NCBI RefSeq assembly: GCF_000281045.1
Contig: NW_008246068.1
Span: 145,606-209,605, forward strand
Direction: 5' to 3'
DNA: 64,000 nucleotides
Source: Saprolegnia diclina VS20
Lineage: Eukaryota
Part shown: positions 31,925 to 41,234 of the stretch, piece by piece
Layout of the letters: each line of letters begins with the position of its first letter
Position numbering within the stretch: the stretch's first letter is position 1
Made by a program: the position numbers and the translations under genes
The notes under the pieces: generated by a model
What the model saw: the letters and a program-made list of their open reading frames with translations, nothing else
The model's database searches: none
What the model was told of the DNA's origin: nothing

Positions 31925-32095
31925 TCCCGTGCGTGCCTATGTGCTCGGGCCTTACAGAGCTTGCCGTTCTAGTGATCTCCATGGCCCTCCGTGGGCTGTT
32001 GTGCGAGAAGCGCGTGATCAAGCGCTCGCAATGGCATTTGCCCGTCGCCTGGTGGCTTCGCGGCATGTGCATGCGTGCACGTTATACCTTGTTCA
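31925..32095 (+). pseudogene. Degenerate fragment of a class-C GPCR paralogue (TM1-TM2 region)
   Basis: CVPMCSGLTELAVLVISMAL..EKRVIKRSQWHL matches CDYVPTFSG..EKPVIKRSQWHL of the adjacent gene. Confidence 0.7.
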
Positions 32096-32351
32096 ACACG
32101 GAGTGTGGCGCTTGCCTCGTGTCGGCATCGATCAGTTCCCCGAGTTAACTACACCTGCCAGGTCAATTTTAGGTATACTTGTATAATGTTCTAGATATGT
32201 CGATCACCTAACGATTATCTTGAGTTTGTGTTCCGTGTAATCACCGTTTGGTGGCCACCTTATGCGTTGTCTATGTTCTAAAGTTCGCTCCGGAGAAGTC
32301 TTCAGTGTCGTGCACACGACGGCATTTCTCCAAAAGAGTTGAGCATCGCCC

Positions 32352-35300
32352 ATGCTCGTGCCGTGGCTAGTGGTCATTCTGGCTGCTGTCTTGGAGGCGA
32401 ACGCGCAGCCAACATTGCCATCCAACTTTGAGACGCGACGCCTCAACAAGTGCCTCGACGCCGCGTGGGTCGCAGCAACGGCAAAGCGGCTCAACCTCGA
32501 CCCGAATGCCATCGATAGTCAACGCCGCCGAGCGAATCCTTTGTTGCGCCAAGGCCTTCAAGAGCCCCGCTTCACGGTACTAGATCGTGCGCCTTATGCG
32601 GACCCCTACTAAGCCTCGATGTGTAGCTCAACGACCCACGCCAGTACTCGTCAAATGCGTTCAAGCCGGAGTGCTTCAAGGCAGATCAATCCTTTCACGG
32701 AGTGGGCGAGCGCGTCTATCCCAATGGCTCGGTTGCGACGACGGGGACCTGGAACGGGTCGTTAGTGCTCGAGTACAACAATTGGCAGTCCCAGACGCTA
32801 ACGACGTCGATCATCGCTATCTTGGCCTCGGAAGTGGTGCGATCGGCACTCATATTATATACACGCATATCTTGTAGGTCGGATACCCCGTGTCCTTTTT
32901 GAAAACGAGTGGCGGTCTCGGCGTCACAGAGCGCATGTCGTCGGTCGGCGCGGGCGTGTGCACCCCGTCCCACGTCAGCCCTGAAGTGTGGACGAGCTCT
33001 AAGATGACGCTTCTGAACGTGTACGCCAACGAAACGAGCTCGTCGGCCATCGGCTACAACGGCCAGTACACCATACTGCGATACCTCGTGACGCTACTCG
33101 CGGGCGTAGATCGGGGCTCTACACGCTCCAGACCAACGTCGACGAAGCGCTCAAAGGACCAGCGTCCACGATCGGTACTACGCAAAGCGATTTTCAATTG
33201 CTGTACCGAATGCGATATCCCACGTAGGCAATTTCAGTCGCAGTCACTCGGCCGACTGGTGGCGCGACTACGTTTTGGACTCGGATTTGATCAACTTTTA
33301 CTCGATCGCCAACTTCAACATGAGTCAAGTGGGGCAAAAAAGCGCGTGCGCGGACGGGTTGTACGGCTGCCTCAACGGTTGCTCCCAGACCGCTGCTTGC
33401 ACCGCCGCCCTCGCGCAGGGTGCCTGCTTGATCGATGCAAATGTCAAATTGACGCGGATGTAGGCAAAACGTGCATGCTCGTAGCGAGTCAGTATGGTAC
33501 GGACGACCAAGGCTATCTCCAGTCCGCTGTGGGCAACAACAACATCCCCGCGCGCTTTTGCTTTGCTGGCTACGCGCCGACGGGCAACCTCGTGACGAGT
33601 ACCATGGCCAGCGGCGGCGCGATTGTCTTTTACCATTACGAGCCCGACATGTTTCATTTTACCAACCCAGGCAAGTTTGTGCGCATTTCGCTACCACGGC
33701 CAACGCCCGAGATGGTCGTACTCGCGACAGGCCAATTCGGATCGAACGGGTACGATGTGGTCCGACGTGTTGCTGAGTCGCCGCCAACCCGTTTAGGTTT
33801 GGGCAGCCGTCGCCGGACCCGGTCAGCGTCGACTACCCCGAGCAAGTTCTCATGAAGTACTACTCCAACTACCTCTTGGATGCAACAATGTTGAACAACT
33901 TTCTGCGCAAGTTCCAGATCACCAAGCTCGACATCAACAACTTGCTCTTGGCATATGCGAATGCCAACGCTTCCGTTGCCGATATCGAGTATGCTGTTGC
34001 GTGCGACTGGGTCCAAAAGAACTATGAAAAATGGTATCTCTGGGTCGACCGCCTCCCGCTGTGCACGATGAGCACCAATATGCGCTACAGCGTCGCCAAC
34101 TGCAACAGCTCGTCGCAACCCCGGGTCGTAACCTTTGCGTGGACGACGCCCGACCCCGCCAACAGCTCGCATCCGTACGACTGCGACGGTGGATTTAGCA
34201 CCTTGCCGCCGTCGTTCTACACAAGCCGGTCGTGCGAGTGGCTCGACGCCAACACGGCGCTCTGGTCTCTCTGGCTCACGTCACCGCCGACGTGCGACTT
34301 GTCTTTTTACAACTACTCGGTCTCCGAGTGCACGAGCAGCTCGATCCGAAACGTCGAGTTCTTCTGGCTGCTCCCGAGCGCGACCAACTACCTCGTGAGC
34401 GGCGAATGCATCAACGGCGTCTCTCTCCCGTCCAACACCACCGTCGCCTGCGATTACGTCCCGACATTCTCTGGCGTACGCTTTCCGATCAGTTGAAACG
34501 TTTGTTTGATGCGTTGATGCTAGGTCTACACGGGGATTGCCACCATTACCGTGATTGTGCTCGTGATTCTTGTTGTCTTCGTCGCGTTGGTGCTCAAGTT
34601 TCGAGAAAAGCCCGTCATCAAACGATCGCAGTGGCACCTTTTGTTGCTGCTGCTTCTCGGCGGCATCCTCATTTGCGCCTACGTCTTGCTTGGCGGCGGC
34701 GCGCCGTCCAGCTTTCTCTGCGGCGCGCGGCCGTTCGTGGGCTCTCTTGGCTACACGCTTTGCTTTGGATCGCTCCTCGTCAAGTCGCTCCGCGTCTACC
34801 TCGTGTTTGAAAACAAAGCGATGAAGAAGCGCGTCGTCTCGGTGTGGCGCATGCTACGTATTCTCAGCGCGATTGTCGGTGTCGACATTGGTAGTCGCCA
34901 TGTTTCGAGTCGTTTTATGACGTCATTTTGTAGGCATCGTCGTCGTGTGGCTACTGGCCGAGTTTCCCAGTCCGTCGACGTACACGGCGGCCGCGGCCGA
35001 GTTCACCGGCACCCTTGTCCACGTCGAGTGCCACTCGTCGAGCTTCATCTTTCCCGTGCTCTCGATCTTCTGGAAGGCGGTCGTGACATTCGTGGGTCTC
35101 TACGTGTCCTTTTTGATCCGGCATGTGAGCGGGGACTTTCAAGAGTCGATTTGGATCTTCGCCGCGTCGTGCGTCGTGCTCGTGGGCTCGCTCCTCATGC
35201 TGACGATGACGTACCTCGTCGTTTTGCCGGCTGCCGCAGCGTACGGCTTCTTGTCGGCCATCACGCTCTTTTGCACGGTGCATCATCACATATGCCATGA

Positions 35301-35482
35301 CACTCATGTCTGCATAGGTTGTCACGATGGCCCTCATGTTTGGACCAAAATTTACGCGCCTCAACCGCGACGACGTGACGACCGATGCGACCCACGCTAC
35401 CTCCAAGGAGACCAAGACGTCCATGGTCAACGTGAGCGGTCTCAGCAAGTCTCGTGCCGTGTCGTCCGCAAACGGCCAGTGA
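32352..35482 (+). CDS. Multi-exon class-C (7tm_3)-like GPCR with a large ectodomain resembling a glycine-betaine-type periplasmic binding protein, plus Cys-rich repeats
   Basis: Signal peptide MLVPWLVVILAAVLEANAQ; several short GT-AG introns (e.g. 32577-32626); class-C motifs LLVKSLRVYLVF (TM3), DFQESIWI (ICL3/TM6) and MFGPKF (TM7); stop TGA at 35480-35482. Exon boundaries were partly inferred by eye. Confidence 0.82.
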
Positions 35483-35750
35483 CTTTATGCGATGCAGCAC
35501 CTACAAACACATTTCGTGAGAGTTGAATCAATGTTACCAATATACTTGTATACGGCACTGTGAAATGGCCGAACGCTCGCTTGTGGTGGGCGTCCTTCTG
35601 ATCGCGGACGTGAAACGTCCCGTTACTTCCAGAACTGCAACCCGAAAACGTCCTCCATGAACGTACATGATATCTTTTGGCGCGCAGTCAAGTGTTTTTC
35701 GACGCAAGGAGCCAAAGGAGTAGTTTCGCGCGGCACGTGTCTGAGTTTTT

Positions 35751-36119
35751 GTCCACGGCCAAGCAAGTGCGCCATCTTCAGTCGTTGCCCGAACCACGGA
35801 TCCCGTTTTACAATATAGCAAGTCAACGACGAAGTCCCACGGTCCAAGCTCATTTCCAAAAATGTCGCCTCCAAGCGCACCTTAGCTACTCATTTAACCC
35901 CCCACCAGTCCCTTCTTGGGCGGCGGCGGCCCCCCTAGACGAAGCTCACTCTTCTCGAGCACGCACTTGCGTTATGGCCACGGGGCCAAACGAACTTTCC
36001 GAGAGCAATGCTGGGAAAACGCACTCACTTTAGATTTCCCCTCGCTTAAAGCAAGGGTAAAGCAGCCCGCCACCGTCCCCGAGGCTGGGCGGTACTTGAG
36101 GCAAATTGGGGTTTTGCCC
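35751..36119. repeat. Non-coding interspersed repeat, right part (copy A), ending at the gap
   Basis: Colinear with 36426-36717 (gtccacggccaagcaagtgcgccatcttc...ggtacttgaggcaaattggggttttgccc), with indels. Confidence 0.85.
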
Positions 36120-36219
36120 NNNNNNNNNNNNNNNNNNNNNNNNNNNNNNNNNNNNNNNNNNNNNNNNNNNNNNNNNNNNNNNNNNNNNNNNNNNNNNNNN
36201 NNNNNNNNNNNNNNNNNNN
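36120..36219. other. Assembly gap between repeat copies
   Basis: 100 N. Confidence 1.
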
Positions 36220-36717
36220 GGGACCACACGTTTTCACGAGTAAACGCCTGTGAGCTTCCATGCTAGTAGGAGGGGACATAAGCCCATACGATCGGACCGT
36301 TGATAAAGACTTGGATTTCCCATCCGACCATTTTTAGCGCGAGGTTTTTTAGCTTTGCAAGTTATTGACATTGACGCTCGCGTTTGCCCTACCGAGCTAG
36401 CGTGCGAACACCGGCTATCGCCGGGTCCACGGCCAAGCAAGTGCGCCATCTTCGTTGTTGAACCACGGATCCCGTTTTAGCAAGTCAAAGTCCGACGGTC
36501 CAAGTTCATTTCCAAAAATGTCGCCTTCGCTTCTTGGCCAAGACGAAGCTCGCTCTTCTCAATCTCGCACTTGCGTTATGGCGACGAGGCAAAGGCGAAC
36601 TTTCCGAGAGCAACGAACCGCATTCACTTTAGATTTCCCCTCGCTTAATTCAACGATAAAGCAACCCGCCACTCGTCCGAGGCTGAGCGGTACTTGAGGC
36701 AAATTGGGGTTTTGCCC
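36220..36717. mobile_element. ~500-bp non-coding repeat joining both halves (copy B); putative non-autonomous element
   Basis: Left part matches 30801-30972 and right part matches 35751-36119; contains internal inverted repeats; no ORF. Mobility is inferred; the true left end may lie in the gap. Confidence 0.5.
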
Positions 36718-36950
36718 TTGAGCACTCCCGCGTATCGAAATTTAGGGTTATCGAGCCCGCACTACATCGCGCGCACATTTGTACGGGGTACCTTTGGGCA
36801 ATAGAAAGCTAAATACACTGTCTCTGCCGCCGAATTAATCGCGATGTGAAGACAAAAGACTGATATAAGGTTGTTGTTCATTTAACTTTGTCGCCGCAAA
36901 CCTACCCCTACCAGGTACAAGAGGAAAAGAGAAAATTTGCATCTTTGTCC

Positions 36951-38600
36951 TTATTCCTCAAACGGCTCGTCTTCGCGAAACGTGACCCACGCCGCGTCTG
37001 GGAGTCGGTCGATGGCCTCGTCACAGGCTTGCCGGTCTTCGTCCAAAGCGAGGGTGTCGGAGACCTTGATGACGCCGTCACGGTGCGCGCAATGCTGGAG
37101 CGCGTGGATGATGGCCAAAAGGCCTTCCTTCTCGAGCGGGTTGCCTTGGAGCCCGAGCATCTCCATGTGGCACGTCGCAGGCACGACGCGGCTCAGAGCG
37201 ACCGCGCCGTCAAAGCCAATTTTGTTTTCCGAGAGGTCCAACTCGAGCAGATGCGACAGGACGCTGCTGAACGCATGCGCGCCGATCGACCCGACACGGT
37301 TGCCGCGCAAGTCGATTTTGCGCAGAAGTGGGCACAAGGGAATGACCGCGGCAAGGGCCATGGCGCCGACGTACGTGCAGCCTTGGTCGATCAAGTGCAG
37401 ATGCCCCAGCGACGGGCAGTGTGGGAGGACCGCTGCCAATAGTTGAATCTCCTCGTCACCGAGGCCACTCGCCTCCAAGTAGAAGTTGGTCAGCTGCGGC
37501 AGCAGCGCCGCCAAGCTTCCCACGCACGCCGGCGAGAGCTGGATCATGGTGAGTTCGAGGTGCCGGAGCCGGCGCAGTCGACGTAGCGCTTTCATCAAGG
37601 CCAGTGTCGCCTTCGGAGCCGGGTTGGGCGACACCGATTCAAAGACAAGCGTGACCAGCTGCAGCTGCGACGACGAGAGCACCGACGTGATCGCAGGTAG
37701 GTCGTCGTACACGAGCGGCTCGAGGACGAGCGAGTGCAGCTGGCTTGGCAGCGCCAGAATGTCCTTGAAGAATCGAAAGGGTAGCGCGCCGCCCTTGATC
37801 TCGAGGTCAAGCAGCGTCGGCGAGTCGGCAATGGCCTCGCACAGCTTGGTGCACTCCGTGTCCGTCATGCACGCACCTTCAAGTGCGACCACTTTTAGGG
37901 ACCCGGCGCGAAGCCAGTTGGCCATTGCCGTGACTGTGGCTGCGGACCACGTGACGTGCGGGTAGATGAACTCGGCGCAGATGATGGGCGTCGGCGCGAG
38001 GGCTTGGATGAGCGGCAGTGGGTCGTGGTTGATGACGTTGCTCTGTGATGTGAATGCGACTTCGCGCAGTGCCGGAAGGCCACGTAGCGCGTTCGGCATC
38101 GCATCGACGGACGCCGATGGCCACATTTGGTCGACGTCGTCGCCGAACGAGATCTCAATGCACTCGATGCGCTCGGGCCAGAGCGCAATCGCGCGCTCCA
38201 GCATCGCCCACGTCGAAACAGCGTGCAAGTTGATGCGTGTGAGGGGTTGCAGCGGGTACGCCGGCGGCAAATCAAAGCCATTGATGTCGACGACCGGGCT
38301 TAGAATCGCCGCTTTTGCGATCCAGGCGCGCAGCTGCGGGTCCGCAACCTCGTACGGGAGCTCAAAGTAAGGCCAGAGGCGTACGTGGCACGGGTAGAAG
38401 ACGTCGCCAACGGGCACCACAAGCCGCCGCGAGCGCACGGCGTGGAAGAGCTCGAGCAGCGCGGCCAGCGGCTCCGAGAGCCATTCGACTGGCAGCGCAT
38501 GAAGGAACGCCGCCATCTCGTTCGACGTCATGATAAACCGCCCGACATGCTCAAAGAGCTCGGGTAGCAGAGCTGGCGTCGGCTTGGCTCGCTTTGCCAT
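36951..38600 (-). CDS. F-box-like + RNI-type LRR protein (member 8)
   Basis: MAKRAKP..LLPELFEHVGRF..EMAAFLHALP; RRLVVPVGDVFYPCHVRLWP shared with member 1. Confidence 0.88.
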   Translation of the reverse strand: MAKRAKPTPALLPELFEHVGRFIMTSNEMAAFLHALPVEWLSEPLAALLELFHAVRSRRLVVPVGDVFYPCHVRLWPYFELPYEVADPQLRAWIAKAAILSPVVDINGFDLPPAYPLQPLTRINLHAVSTWAMLERAIALWPERIECIEISFGDDVDQMWPSASVDAMPNALRGLPALREVAFTSQSNVINHDPLPLIQALAPTPIICAEFIYPHVTWSAATVTAMANWLRAGSLKVVALEGACMTDTECTKLCEAIADSPTLLDLEIKGGALPFRFFKDILALPSQLHSLVLEPLVYDDLPAITSVLSSSQLQLVTLVFESVSPNPAPKATLALMKALRRLRRLRHLELTMIQLSPACVGSLAALLPQLTNFYLEASGLGDEEIQLLAAVLPHCPSLGHLHLIDQGCTYVGAMALAAVIPLCPLLRKIDLRGNRVGSIGAHAFSSVLSHLLELDLSENKIGFDGAVALSRVVPATCHMEMLGLQGNPLEKEGLLAIIHALQHCAHRDGVIKVSDTLALDEDRQACDEAIDRLPDAAWVTFREDEPFEE

Positions 38601-39341
38601 GGCTAGCTAGGTGGCGTGATTTTAGCAATATCCGGATAGCCATTGGCCATTGATTGGTCCGAGCTCGATCATGACGTGGCACTCCGCGACGTCAGCAGAT
38701 CGCGAGGTCAGTTTGTGGTCAATTGATCGCGCATTGCAAGCTACAGCTTGCAGGACGCCCAGTCACCCAGGCTGCTCGGAGCCAGCAGGTGCGGCTCGCG
38801 AGGCCCCCGACCCCCTTCTGAGGCTCATTTTTACCCGCGGGGTCACCCAAAATCCCGCAGGACCCCCCGACTTTTGACCCCGGCTTTTTAACAGATACAA
38901 GGGTGACCCATGCCGGCCTGTTGCCAAGAGCCCTGCGATCCTGAAATCCTGTTTGAACATGATTTCACGCATACGTCGTTTAGAGACAGAGGGCGATGCG
39001 GGGGCAGGGAACGGTACGTCGTTGCCTCGACCGAGACCTGCAACCCGAGATACTGCGTGATTCCGCGGCCTGTATGCGACGTTTTGATTGGCTCTTATTA
39101 TATTGACTTTTGACGAATCAAACGTAATGAATCTTTGGTTCACACCCACGCCGCCACGACATCGGAGCGAAAGTCTTTTGCGCTTGGTTGAATTAACCAT
39201 CTATTATCATTCAACGCGACTGTGCATATATATGAACGTGTTCCGCGTTATCTTCATTATTACACAAAGACGTCGTATACAACCTAAATTCAAAAACTCA
39301 CAGCCAAAACAAAAGACCAAAAACAACTACTAGTATTCATT

Positions 39342-40943
39342 TTACGTATCGAGAAAAATACACCACGCGGGGTCCGGGAGCTCTCCGATGCGATCCAAGC
39401 ACTCTTGAATGTGCGACGGATTGGCCAGCGTCCGGCTGAGCTGCACACTCCCAACGCGGTACGGCGACCGCGCGACCCCTTCGACGATCGCCAAGACGCC
39501 GTCGACATAGAGCGGGTTGCCTTCAAGGTTGATGCCTTCCATGTGCCCAGTTCTTGGCACCATGCGGCTGAGTGCCAACGCGCCTTCATAGCCAATTTGG
39601 TTGTTGCTCAGGTTCACCTCGAGCAGTCGCGGGATCTCAGCGGCGAGGACGGCGCCGCCCTTGGAACCAATGCAGTTGCCTGAGACATCGAGCGTCCGAA
39701 GCGACGGTGTCGTCGACAAGGCTGACGCGAGCGCGATGGCGCCAGCATCCGAGCAGCCTTGCCGACGCAGGCGCAACGAGCGGAGGCGGCGACAGCGCTG
39801 CAAGGCGGTCGCGAGGGCCATGACGCCGTCGTCATGGAGGTCGTTCTCGGACAAGCCGAGGTGCGCAAGCTGCGGCAGCACGGTGAGAACTGCCTCAACG
39901 CTTGGCAGCAGCATCGATGACAGGTCGAGCGACTGCAGACACTGCAGAGACGATAGCATTGCCAGGATAGCAGACCCATGGCGCTCGTCTTCGTCAACAG
40001 CGATGTTGCCCGGCTGCAGATCGATCGAGAGGTGTCGTATCCTTGCGGCTGTCACCGCCGACGCGATTGGCGGCAGATCGTCGGTGGCCACACCGTGCAG
40101 GCGCAACGACGTCCAGTGCGACGGTACGGACGACGCGAGCGCAAAGACCGCCGCGATGACACCGGCGTCGTGCAGCTCGAGGCTAGCGAGGGTCGTGTTC
40201 GCAACGAGCGCGGTCGCAGCCGTCGCGGCCATAGGCGCAGCAGTCAAGCCGCGTAAGCTCACGCTACTCAGCGGCGCCGACGATAAGAAGCCGGCCCAGA
40301 GTTCGCGGCACGCCTCGTCCCACATACCCGCCGTGAGCGACATGGTCCACACCAGCGTTTGAATGGACGTGGACGTGGCGATCGCTTCCAGCGCATCGGC
40401 TACGACGGTGGTCGTTGGCTTTTGTCGCCAGAGCACCGAGACACACTGGACGGCCGGCAGGTCGCGGAAAAGCTCAACGAGCGATACGTGGTCGGTAGTC
40501 TGGACCAAGAGAAGGTCCAGGGCGCAGAGGTTGCGCCTGTTGTCGAGACGCGCGAGCTGGGCGGGCGTCACACACGTGCGCAGCTTGATTTTGGTCTGTG
40601 GGCGCAGTGCGAACGGAAGCGGGATGTCGGCACTCTCCTGAACGACCCACGGGTAGAGAGATAGCGCCGATGTGAGTGCATCTTGAAGCCAAGCGCGCGG
40701 GATCGACCGCGGCACACGCAGCTGCGGCCAAAGCGAGATGCGCTGCGGGTAAAAGGCGTCGTCAATTGGGACCGTGAACTCGCGCGCATCCAGCGCCTCG
40801 TAGAGCCGACGCAGCGCTGCGAGCGGCGGCGTGAGCGCGGCGAGTGGCATTGCAAGCACGTACGCGCGCATGTCGGCCGACGTCTCGAGGCACTCGGCGA
40901 TGCGCTGGACGAGGTCGCCTGCGAGACCTCCATCGTCCGGCAT
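39342..40943 (-). CDS. F-box-like + RNI-type LRR protein (member 9)
   Basis: LAGDLVQRIAEC..DMRAYVLAMP; LRRs LRTLDVSGNCIGSKG and LEVNLSNNQIGYEG. Confidence 0.88.
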   Translation of the reverse strand: MPDDGGLAGDLVQRIAECLETSADMRAYVLAMPLAALTPPLAALRRLYEALDAREFTVPIDDAFYPQRISLWPQLRVPRSIPRAWLQDALTSALSLYPWVVQESADIPLPFALRPQTKIKLRTCVTPAQLARLDNRRNLCALDLLLVQTTDHVSLVELFRDLPAVQCVSVLWRQKPTTTVVADALEAIATSTSIQTLVWTMSLTAGMWDEACRELWAGFLSSAPLSSVSLRGLTAAPMAATAATALVANTTLASLELHDAGVIAAVFALASSVPSHWTSLRLHGVATDDLPPIASAVTAARIRHLSIDLQPGNIAVDEDERHGSAILAMLSSLQCLQSLDLSSMLLPSVEAVLTVLPQLAHLGLSENDLHDDGVMALATALQRCRRLRSLRLRRQGCSDAGAIALASALSTTPSLRTLDVSGNCIGSKGGAVLAAEIPRLLEVNLSNNQIGYEGALALSRMVPRTGHMEGINLEGNPLYVDGVLAIVEGVARSPYRVGSVQLSRTLANPSHIQECLDRIGELPDPAWCIFLDT

Positions 40944-41234
40944 GATGCAATCTCAAGTGCAATCTGGCCTTTCTAGGGCGGTTTTTTCAACCCGCCCGAA
41001 ACGCCAAGCCCACCCACACCATCAACACGCCACCTGTGCCTCTGCAATACGATGTAGCAGCACACGAGCAAGGGTGGTTCGTTCATCATCGTTAGGCCTA
41101 GTACGGGCGCAAGCGGGTGGCGGCGAGCGCGAAGGCAACGGGTGTCGAAGCGGCGGCGACATGCGAGGCGCCTGCAGGTTGCAGGCGACGACATATCGAG
41201 TCGTGATCTGTATTTAGAGGATGTAGCGGCGTCA

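Noticed and set aside
36220..36717. Firm call as RNase P/MRP RNA, Helitron end or MITE
   Set aside because: Only short motif resemblances; no convincing TIRs, TSD or CTRR terminus, so it is kept as an unclassified repeat.
36741..36750. TTTAGGGTTA telomere-like seed
   Set aside because: Barely more than one unit; expected by chance.
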